Of a stretch of 64,000 nt of DNA, positions 1 through 8,006 are shown in pieces. Both the position numbers and the translations under genes were made by a program. The notes under the pieces were generated by a model. It did not search any database and was not told the DNA's origin. It was given only the letters and a program-made list of their open reading frames with translations. This DNA comes from an uncultured cyanobacterium (GTDB lineage Bacteria; Cyanobacteriota; Cyanobacteriia; Cyanobacteriales; Nostocaceae). Numbering within the stretch: the stretch's first letter is position 1; the number at the start of each line of letters is the position of its first letter. The stretch is taken from the NCBI GenBank assembly GCA_963706595.1, contig OY970166.1, forward strand, positions 3,424,001-3,488,000. Reading direction: 5' to 3'.

Positions 1-4
1 GCAA

Positions 5-637
5 ATGCTCAGTTCTGAAGATTTAGGCGATCGCTTGCGTGCAGTTAATCAAGCTCGTGACCTGGAACCAGCAACCGCTTTTGAACTGATTCAAATTGCT
101 ATTGGTGATAGTAATTCGCGAGTGCGATACTCAGCAGTCAGTCAAATGGACACGCTAGGAAACCAAGATTTACAACTATCTTTAGATGTATTACGTAGTT
201 TACTCAGTGACCCTGAACCTGATGTCCAAGCCGCAGCCGCAGATTGTTTGGGCGCGTTGAAATTACACGATGCTTTTGAAGATTTACAGCAACTCTACAA
301 CACCACCCCAGAATGGCTAGTACAATTCAGCATCATTGCGACATTAGGCGAGTTAGGCAATCCACGAGCTTTTGAACTACTCAAACAAGCACTCTCATCA
401 GAGAATGAATTAGTCCAAACAGCAGCTATCAGTTCCTTCGGTGAATTGGGAGATATCCAAGCAATTCCCTTCTTAGCGCCCTTTGCTAGCAACTCCGATT
501 GGCAAATCCGTTACAGAGTTGTGCAAGCATTAACTCATTTAGGTGGTGCAGATGCGGAATCTATTCTAGAAGCTCTCTCTGATGATGAAGTGGAAGCAGT
601 GGCAAATGAAGCAAAAAAATATTTGCAATCAATTTGA
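5..637 (+). CDS. nblB: HEAT-repeat phycobilisome degradation protein NblB (probably 5'-truncated by the window edge)
   Basis: PBS-lyase HEAT repeats (RVRYSAVSQM, DVQAAAADCLGAL, QIRYRVVQAL); frame is open to the window start. Confidence 0.8.
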   Translation: MLSSEDLGDRLRAVNQARDLEPATAFELIQIAIGDSNSRVRYSAVSQMDTLGNQDLQLSLDVLRSLLSDPEPDVQAAAADCLGALKLHDAFEDLQQLYNTTPEWLVQFSIIATLGELGNPRAFELLKQALSSENELVQTAAISSFGELGDIQAIPFLAPFASNSDWQIRYRVVQALTHLGGADAESILEALSDDEVEAVANEAKKYLQSI

Positions 638-757
638 GTTTATTCAGAGGTAATTAACTTGACTTTTTGTGAATTTTTTAGAAAAATTTCCTGAAAAATA
701 TTGCTGCATATTTGTTGGACATTTGAAATATTTCTAGTACACTGAGCAAGTAATTAG

Positions 758-804
758 AAAAAAATCGACCTAGCTGGGAAAGTTGTGCGTTCCAGTTAGG
801 TCGA
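758..804 (-). terminator. Intrinsic terminator between convergent nblB and the PEP-CTERM gene
   Basis: Stem TCGACCTAGCTGGGA/TTCCAGTTAGGTCGA next to an A7 run (U-tract on the minus strand). Confidence 0.6.
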
Positions 805-874
805 AGTTTAAATTAGTGATCATAGCAATCATCATTACTTTCAGTTTCTGAAAGTAATTTTTTTATGGACAGGT

Positions 875-1615
875 TTATTGAGGAATTGTCTTGCGACGGC
901 GAGATACAGCCATACCTGCGGCTACTACACCTAAGCCCAATAGTGTAGCTGGTTCAGGAACAGCAGTGGTAAAGACAGCACCGGAGAAAGTCAGATCACC
1001 CAATGAATTCCCCGCATTAAGAATTGTATTCGCTTGAGCAATAGTTGTATTATTTCTTTGGAAAGTTAAGTTTCCTACTCCCTTAGTTACTTCCCCAAGA
1101 GCGCTGGTAAAAAAGCCATTAAGATTAACGTCTACACTCAGGTTAGCACCGCTTTGGACTAATGCATAACTACTAGATAACAAGGTAAAGGTATTGACGT
1201 TATCATTCAAAGAGCTAACATCATCGCCAGGAAGAATTACACCAGGAATAGGAAGGTTCCCCAAGTCTAGAAATGGGTTCTCGAAACTACTAGCGCCAAA
1301 TGAAAGAACATCACGTATACTGGCTGAATTGAAACTTAGGAAAGTGCCATCTTGAGAAGCAAGACTGATTGGGCTACTTAAGAACGCTGTCGAACCAGCA
1401 GCAATACTATCAGGGGTGAAAGACAGTGAATCTTTTTTTAAGTGAACGAGACTGGTGCCACCTGGAGCTGTGAAACCACCGTTAAAACTGAACTCACCAA
1501 CTAAGGCAGCAGCTTGAGCAGAACCAGTAGGGGTGAAAGTTGCAGCAGCAGCTATGGGCATAGCGGCTAATGTGGCAACAGCACCTTTAAAAAAATTGGA
1601 TTTAGATGTAATCAT
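875..1615 (-). CDS. PEP-CTERM sorting-domain surface protein
   Basis: Signal peptide ending AQA; C-terminal VPEP, TM helix and RRRK. Confidence 0.9.
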   Translation of the reverse strand: MITSKSNFFKGAVATLAAMPIAAAATFTPTGSAQAAALVGEFSFNGGFTAPGGTSLVHLKKDSLSFTPDSIAAGSTAFLSSPISLASQDGTFLSFNSASIRDVLSFGASSFENPFLDLGNLPIPGVILPGDDVSSLNDNVNTFTLLSSSYALVQSGANLSVDVNLNGFFTSALGEVTKGVGNLTFQRNNTTIAQANTILNAGNSLGDLTFSGAVFTTAVPEPATLLGLGVVAAGMAVSRRRKTIPQ

Positions 1616-2283
1616 TTGATACTCCTGATATGAAAACTAGGAAAGTGTATATTTTTGGGTTGTGTTATGTGCTGACATACATTGACTGCCACTACTTAGT
1701 TTTTATACGGAAAATGCATTAGTGGTTAGTCGAAATATGCGTTAATCACTTCTAGTAGATTTACATAAATCCAGCAACATGGCAACACTTACGTGTTTAA
1801 CTTTACAGACTCTTCATTTATTGCTGTATAAATGAAGATGTTTACCCATATTTAATAGATATATTTAACTAAAAGCCGAATAACATACAGGTAAATAGGT
1901 GGACACAAATCAACTTAACTATATAACGAAAAGTAAAAACCCTGAAAACCTTGTGATGCCTTGACTCTACTTCTTTAAGTTCGCCATGAAAAAGCGGGAG
2001 ATTTTTTCAGAAACCTACTGAGTAAAAAAAACTGAATATATTATTACACTTAAATACTTAAATTTAGCCACTGAATACACGTATAGACTTATTTATCTTC
2101 TACCTGTAGATATAGATAACTTAGACACATGGCTTAGTTTATACATCTTAAATTATTTTGGATTGCGCTACAGAGATTTACATTCCCTTAACATTATTAG
2201 TTGGGTAAACACATACCCCCAGCTACTAAAAAACGTAGCAATGCTACATCTATACAAAGAATTTGGTAAAATGTAACGAATTA

Positions 2284-2802
2284 TTAAGCCCCATAAACTT
2301 GAGGCCAAGTTGTGATTATAAAAACTACAACTGCGGCGATCGCCAACACGCCTTGAATCAAATTTCCAATCAGCGAACCGACTATAATACCTATACCAGC
2401 CTTAACGGCTAACCATAATTGACGACGGTAAATAAATTCACCAATAATCGCTCCCAGCAGCGGCCCTAATAAAATTCCTAACAAAGGACCGCCGAAGGGT
2501 AGAGTTGGGAGTAAACCCAAAAATCCCACTATTAACCCCACAATTGCGCCAATCTGTCCCCACTTACTAGCACCTGCTTTTTTTGCACCTAAGTAACTAG
2601 CTAAAATATCAACACCAATGCTGAGGACTAAAACTAAAACTGTCACAATTAGTGGAGTTTTAATGGCTGCAAAGGAACCGCCCAGAACACCCCAAATAAT
2701 AATAGAGGTTAAAATTAAGCCGCTACCAGGGAGACCGGGAACCACAGCACCAATTACACCCACCACCATGACGGTAATTAGTAGCCAATAAATAACTTGC
2801 AT
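2284..2802 (-). CDS. DUF456 family membrane protein
   Basis: VPGLPG, GAKKAGASKWG and GPLLGAIIGE motifs; hydrophobic. Confidence 0.85.
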   Translation of the reverse strand: MQVIYWLLITVMVVGVIGAVVPGLPGSGLILTSIIIWGVLGGSFAAIKTPLIVTVLVLVLSIGVDILASYLGAKKAGASKWGQIGAIVGLIVGFLGLLPTLPFGGPLLGILLGPLLGAIIGEFIYRRQLWLAVKAGIGIIVGSLIGNLIQGVLAIAAVVVFIITTWPQVYGA

Positions 2803-2834
2803 AATTCGTAATTCGTAATTCGTAGTTCGTAATT
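2803..2834. repeat. Heptamer tandem repeat (AATTCGT)n
   Basis: aattcgt aattcgt aattcgt agttcgt aatt. Confidence 0.85.
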
Positions 2835-2916
2835 GAGCCTGCGGTACGCTAACGCGGTAAACGCAGCTATACCCGTCAGGGCTTTAAATAAGTCGTAATT
2901 TTTTCTGTCCTACATC

Positions 2917-3555
2917 TTACTCTTGAAGAGTGACAGCTAATTTGTCAGCAATTCCAGCAATCCATTGTTCATCTTGTTTGGTATAACTGCGGGGTGCATT
3001 TGCTCCTAAAATCAACACACCCTGATTACCAATTGGTTGACAAACTACACCTTGTGTATTTTCAGGTAAATAATCAAATTCTATTCTGCCTGGATACACA
3101 TACAAAGCAACTAGATAAATTGGCTTTTGTGTTTCCAAGACTCGTTTTAAGATTGGACCTGGTACTACTTCGGCTTTAGCAGCCAGAATACCGCGACGCA
3201 ACAAGATTTTGCCTTGATAGTAAACTATGAGCGATCGCGTCACCGTATTAGTCAATAATAAATGGGATGCCCAAGCTAACTCTGTTTTGACAGTTTCTGG
3301 TAAATCCGTCGCCAGTACAAAACCTTGTTCCCCAATTAGTTCTACAGTATCAGGCGATCGCGGTTGTACTTGCTGCCAAATTAAACCTGTTAAAATCAAA
3401 ACGGCACTCAAAATTACACCCACCACATCCCCACGCGCTTGAGACTCCGTTAATTCTGGAGTCAGCAAACGGTTAATCAATAAAAGTACAGCGCCTAACC
3501 CACCCACAGCTAGGGGTAAACGCCGTAAAATTCGATTGGGATCTGATTTACTCAT
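2917..3555 (-). CDS. Cofactor assembly of complex C subunit B (CCB2/CCB4 family)
   Basis: Two TM helices, ELAWAS motif, GAF-like C-terminus (YPGRIEFDYLP). Confidence 0.8.
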   Translation of the reverse strand: MSKSDPNRILRRLPLAVGGLGAVLLLINRLLTPELTESQARGDVVGVILSAVLILTGLIWQQVQPRSPDTVELIGEQGFVLATDLPETVKTELAWASHLLLTNTVTRSLIVYYQGKILLRRGILAAKAEVVPGPILKRVLETQKPIYLVALYVYPGRIEFDYLPENTQGVVCQPIGNQGVLILGANAPRSYTKQDEQWIAGIADKLAVTLQE

Positions 3556-3557
3556 TT

Positions 3558-3587
3558 GTCATTAGTCATTGGTCATTGGTCATTAGG
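3558..3587. repeat. STRR heptamer repeat (GTCATTA/G)n
   Basis: gtcatta gtcattg gtcattg gtcatta. Confidence 0.85.
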
Positions 3588-3639
3588 AAGTTACCGCCTT
3601 CTCACCCCTGCTCCCGTTCGGCTACGCTCACGGCAAGCC

Positions 3640-3700
3640 TGCTCCCTGCTCCCCTGCCTCTTCCCCCCTACTCCCTACTCCCTACTCCCCACTCCCTACT
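3640..3700. repeat. STRR heptamer repeat (CTCCCTA/CTCCCCA) containing the rpaB stop codon
   Basis: ctccctactccctactccccactccctact. Confidence 0.8.
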
Positions 3701-4424
3701 CTTCCCCAGGTTCTATAATTCTCTGAAACAAATAACCAGTACCTCTGGCTGTGAGAATTAACTCTGGATTACTAGGATCATCTTCTAACTTTGCCCGCAA
3801 ACGGGAAATATGCACATCTACGACACGAGTATCTACGTGACGTTCTGGTGTGTAACCCCATACTTCCTGCAAAATTTCCGAACGAGAAAACGCTTCTCCA
3901 GAACGGCTGACTAGCAACTCTAGGAGGCTAAATTCCATTCCTGTCAAGCGAATGCGCTCATCGCCTTTGTAGACTTGGCGTTTATTGGTATCTATTTTGA
4001 TATTACCAACATGAATTACCCCAGAGCTAGGTATACCAGAAGCTCCGGTTTTGTCTACTCGTCGCAGCACTGAACGAATCCGGGCTTCTAATTCCTTGGG
4101 GGAAAATGGTTTGACTACATAATCATCAGCACCCAATTCCAGACCAGTGATGCGATCGGCAACGTCCCCCAAGGCTGTTAGCATAATAATTGGGACATCC
4201 GATTCCTTACGCAATTCTTGACATACACCGTAGCCGTCAAGCTTTGGCATCATCACATCTAACACTACTAGGTCAGGTTCTGATTTGCGAAAGATTTCTA
4301 GCGCTTCTTCTCCATCGCCAGCCGTTACTACATCGTAGCCAATCATGGAAAGGCGCGTTTCCAAAATCCGGCGAATGCTGGCTTCGTCGTCTACCACCAG
4401 GATTTTTTCTTTATGGCTTTCCAA
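3696..4424 (-). CDS. rpaB: OmpR-family response regulator RpaB
   Basis: KILVVDDEASIRRILETRLSMIGY and ELILTARGTGYLFQR are characteristic of RpaB/Ycf27. Confidence 0.95.
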   Translation of the reverse strand: MESHKEKILVVDDEASIRRILETRLSMIGYDVVTAGDGEEALEIFRKSEPDLVVLDVMMPKLDGYGVCQELRKESDVPIIMLTALGDVADRITGLELGADDYVVKPFSPKELEARIRSVLRRVDKTGASGIPSSGVIHVGNIKIDTNKRQVYKGDERIRLTGMEFSLLELLVSRSGEAFSRSEILQEVWGYTPERHVDTRVVDVHISRLRAKLEDDPSNPELILTARGTGYLFQRIIEPGEE

Positions 4425-4595
4425 GTTTCTCTGCGCTCCCTAACTAAAATTTATCATGATTAATTTTTAATACCATAATATTAAGATATCATTCCATCAA
4501 TTGATTGAGAAAAAGCTGTATCTTTTACTATTCTTGGATTCTAATTCTAGCTAAAAGATTAAGTAAATATTAAGATTATTTAATAAATTTTACGA

Positions 4596-6167
4596 ATGGC
4601 AAAGCCTAAAACCTCTTTCGTTTGTAACGCCTGTGGAGCAGAGTCTTCTCAGTGGTTTGGTAAATGTCCAGCCTGCGGTACTTACAACTCCTTAGAAGAG
4701 CAGATTTCCATCCAATCATCAGTAGATGTACCATCTAGGGGAGGAATCAGCAACTGGCAAGCAAATCAAAATAATGGCAAACCTGCTCATAAACCTGCCA
4801 AAGCACGAGCTTCGCTGACATTTGACCAAATTACAGATCGCCAAATTGCTCGCTGGGAATCAGGTTATGGTGAATTAGATCGGGTACTTGGTGGGGGGAT
4901 TGTTCCCGGTTCGATGGTTCTGATTGGTGGTGATCCTGGCATTGGTAAATCTACTTTACTATTACAGGTATCAAATGCACTGGCGCAGAGATACCGTATC
5001 CTCTACGTAACTGGGGAAGAATCAGGACAACAGGTAAAATTACGAGCTTCGCGCTTGGGAGTGTCGAAAAAGCCTGATCTGCTTAGTGATGGGGATGAAG
5101 AACATGATGAGAACGGCAAGGTAGAAGTAGAAGTAGAAGTAAAAACTCTGAGTTCAGAAGAAATTGAAGAAGGTAAAAATGCGGCTTTATATGTATTACC
5201 GGAAACAGATTTAGAAGAAATTTTACGAGAGATAGATTCTCTCAGACCGAATTTAGCAGTAATTGATAGTATTCAAACAGTGTTTTTTCCAGCATTGACT
5301 TCTGCGCCGGGTTCTGTAGCCCAAGTCCGTGAATGTACCTCAGCACTGATGAAGGTGGCAAAGCATGAAGATATTACCATGTTAATTGTTGGACACGTGA
5401 CCAAAGAAGGTGCGATCGCCGGTCCGAAGGTTTTAGAACACTTAGTAGATACAGTATTGTACTTTGAAGGCGATCGCTTTGCCTCCCATCGACTATTAAG
5501 AACAGTGAAAAACCGTTTTGGTGCAACTCACGAAATCGGCATCTTTGAAATGGTGGAACACGGACTGCAAGAGGTTTCCAACCCTTCAGAGCTATTTTTA
5601 GGCAACCGTGATGATCCTGCACCGGGAACAGCCATTGTGGTAGCTTGTGAAGGAACTCGCCCCATTGTTGTGGAGTTGCAAGCTTTAGTTAGTCCTACCA
5701 GTTATCCTTCCCCCCGGCGTGCGGGTACAGGTATAGACTATAACCGCCTTGTGCAGATTCTCGCCGTGTTAGAAAAACGGGTGGGGATTCCCATGTCGAA
5801 ACTAGATTCTTACGTCGCCTCGGCTGGTGGGTTGAGTGTAGCAGAACCAGCCGTAGATTTAGGAATTGCGATCGCCATTGTCGCCAGTTTCCGCGATCGC
5901 ATAGTTGATCCTGGTACAGTATTAATCGGTGAAGTCGGCTTAGGCGGACAAGTGCGCTCAGTGTCCCAAATGGAACTACGATTAAAAGAAGCTGCCAAAC
6001 TTGGATTTAAACGTGCGATCGTTCCCAAAGGTCAAAAATACCCAGATTATGACATCGAGATATTACCAGTCGCCAAAGTAATAGATGCAATTATTGCTGC
6101 TATTCCCCACCAAACCCTAGAAGCCAGCGACTTAGAACTAGGCGACGAGGAAGAGGAAGAGGAATAA
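4596..6167 (+). CDS. radA: DNA repair protein RadA/Sms
   Basis: CxxC-CxxC zinc finger, GDPGIGKST, KNRFG motif, Lon-like C-terminus. Confidence 0.97.
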   Translation: MAKPKTSFVCNACGAESSQWFGKCPACGTYNSLEEQISIQSSVDVPSRGGISNWQANQNNGKPAHKPAKARASLTFDQITDRQIARWESGYGELDRVLGGGIVPGSMVLIGGDPGIGKSTLLLQVSNALAQRYRILYVTGEESGQQVKLRASRLGVSKKPDLLSDGDEEHDENGKVEVEVEVKTLSSEEIEEGKNAALYVLPETDLEEILREIDSLRPNLAVIDSIQTVFFPALTSAPGSVAQVRECTSALMKVAKHEDITMLIVGHVTKEGAIAGPKVLEHLVDTVLYFEGDRFASHRLLRTVKNRFGATHEIGIFEMVEHGLQEVSNPSELFLGNRDDPAPGTAIVVACEGTRPIVVELQALVSPTSYPSPRRAGTGIDYNRLVQILAVLEKRVGIPMSKLDSYVASAGGLSVAEPAVDLGIAIAIVASFRDRIVDPGTVLIGEVGLGGQVRSVSQMELRLKEAAKLGFKRAIVPKGQKYPDYDIEILPVAKVIDAIIAAIPHQTLEASDLELGDEEEEEE

Positions 6168-6305
6168 TATCATGTCAGTTTAATTAGTTACGATGACCAC
6201 AATCATGTCACCCCACCCCCAGCCCCTCCCCGCAAGCGAGGAGGGGAGATAGAACAAAGATTTGGCAGGTTTCGCGTTTAGTAAGTATTTAACCGGACTT
6301 GATAT
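6167..6305. mobile_element. MITE-like element with imperfect 25-bp terminal inverted repeats
   Basis: ATATCATGTCAGTTTAATTAGTTAC ... GTAAGTATTTAACCGGACTTGATAT (5 mismatches); its internal C/G-rich hairpin recurs near 46451. Confidence 0.6.
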
Positions 6306-6330
6306 AACCCTCAAAAACCCGAATTAGCTC

Positions 6331-6362
6331 GTAGTTGCGCTTTAGCGCTAAAGCGCAACTAC
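6331..6362. repeat. Perfect 32-bp palindrome (dispersed repeat or terminator)
   Basis: GTAGTTGCGCTTTAGC|GCTAAAGCGCAACTAC. Confidence 0.9.
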
Positions 6363-6390
6363 AAACCATGATGATTTATTCATTGAACTC

Positions 6391-6627
6391 TTATTTTGCT
6401 GCTGCTAACAGGTCTGATAAGGCTTGCACTGACCTATTATCTGCTTGAGGCGACCAGACAGTGGCACTGGTGGAAGCAAGTTGATTTAAGAGTGTATTCT
6501 CTGCGTCACTGGTTTCTAAACTACATCCTTCTTCTTTGGCAACTGCTAACAAGAGAAAGTGGATTAGTCGGAGTTTATCTTGATGTGATAGTTGGTTGAC
6601 TGTGGGTAAAATTTGGCTGAGAGTCAT
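6391..6627 (-). CDS. Small hypothetical protein, antitoxin-like
   Basis: MTLSQILPTVNQLSHQDKLRLIHFL...VWSP pattern resembles small cyanobacterial addiction-module-type proteins. Confidence 0.55.
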   Translation of the reverse strand: MTLSQILPTVNQLSHQDKLRLIHFLLLAVAKEEGCSLETSDAENTLLNQLASTSATVWSPQADNRSVQALSDLLAAAK

Positions 6628-6880
6628 ATTGCCAGAATTAATATTTATTAAGATTTTAACAAAATAGGTTCGTGTTCTGGTTTTCGTTCTTAGGAATAGC
6701 TCAAGAATGTTTCATCTCAGCTTGGTCAGCAGCACCTCGTAGCATAACAGTGTCAAAATCTTATAAAAACTGGCAAAGCAGTAATCTGAATCATCTGAGT
6801 TAAATCTCTAGATAGACACGCGATCGCCTAAAAATTGTCACAATTAATGATATTAACCGTTATATTGAGACATTAATCCT

Positions 6881-7765
6881 ATGGACTTTGGCATTGGTGA
6901 TTTATTCTGGATTTTCCTCGTCTTTACTTCCCTACAACCTATCTGGCAAAAGCGCCAAATAGAATCTCAGCGTGTACGCACCCTACACGGATTCCAGCAG
7001 GAACGCAAAAGTCGAGTAATATTACTGATACACCGCCAAGAATCCATCAGTTTATTAGGAATTCCCATCTCCCGCTACATTACCATTGAAGACTCAGAAC
7101 AGATATTACGGGCAATTCGCCTCACCCCGCCCGATGTCCCCATTGACTTGATTTTGCACACCCCTGGCGGTTTAGTTTTAGCCACTGAACAAATCGCTAG
7201 AGCATTAATTCGTCACCCTGCCAAAGTCACCGTTTTTGTACCTCACTATGCCATGAGTGGCGGTACAATGCTTGCCCTCGCCTCAGATGAAATTATCATG
7301 GATGCCAACGCTGTCTTAGGGCCTGTTGATCCCCAATTAGGTAGTTTTCCCGCAGCCAGTATTTTAAAAGTGGTTGCAGATAAACCCGTCGGTGATATTG
7401 ATGATCAAACCCTAATTATGGCAGACCTAGCAGGCAAAGCAATTCAGCAGGTACAGCGCTTTGTCAGGACTCTACTTAAAGACAGTATACCCAAACAAAA
7501 AGTTTTACCAGAAGATATCGAACCGATTATCGAAGCCTTAACAACAGGACGCGTCACCCACGACTATCCAGTCACCGTCGAGGAAGCAACAGAAATGGGG
7601 CTGCCCATAACCGTCGGGCTACCCCTTTCTATTTACAAACTCATGGATTTGTATCCACAACCACAAGGAGGACGACCGAGCGTCCAGTACATTCCCATGC
7701 CCTACGATGACCGTCGTCCCATATTACCCTCGCCCAAAGGCAGACCGATGGAAGAACCAAATTAG
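6881..7765 (+). CDS. SDH family Clp-fold serine protease (DUF114)
   Basis: LILHTPGG, AMSGGT, LGPVDPQ and THDYP motifs. Confidence 0.9.
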   Translation: MDFGIGDLFWIFLVFTSLQPIWQKRQIESQRVRTLHGFQQERKSRVILLIHRQESISLLGIPISRYITIEDSEQILRAIRLTPPDVPIDLILHTPGGLVLATEQIARALIRHPAKVTVFVPHYAMSGGTMLALASDEIIMDANAVLGPVDPQLGSFPAASILKVVADKPVGDIDDQTLIMADLAGKAIQQVQRFVRTLLKDSIPKQKVLPEDIEPIIEALTTGRVTHDYPVTVEEATEMGLPITVGLPLSIYKLMDLYPQPQGGRPSVQYIPMPYDDRRPILPSPKGRPMEEPN

Positions 7766-8006
7766 AGGTCTTGAGGTTGTAGGGTCAATCCAACCTACAC
7801 CAGTATAAAAAAACATAAAACCATACGATTTTTCTGAGACGGTTGTATAATAGTTAGCGATGACTGCCAAACATCACAATCATGCTTTTCCTGTGTGAGA
7901 GCTTCTGTAGGCGAAATCAGCAGCACCTCAAATTTTTCTTGCCAAAAAACCAAGCTTTTGAGGATTACAAATAAAATATCAGTGAAAACTACCTTCTTTA
8001 CCTATT

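Noticed and set aside
2236..2248. NtcA box GTA-N8-TAC
   Set aside because: Spacing is N7 (GTAGCAATGCTAC); more likely a short palindromic repeat
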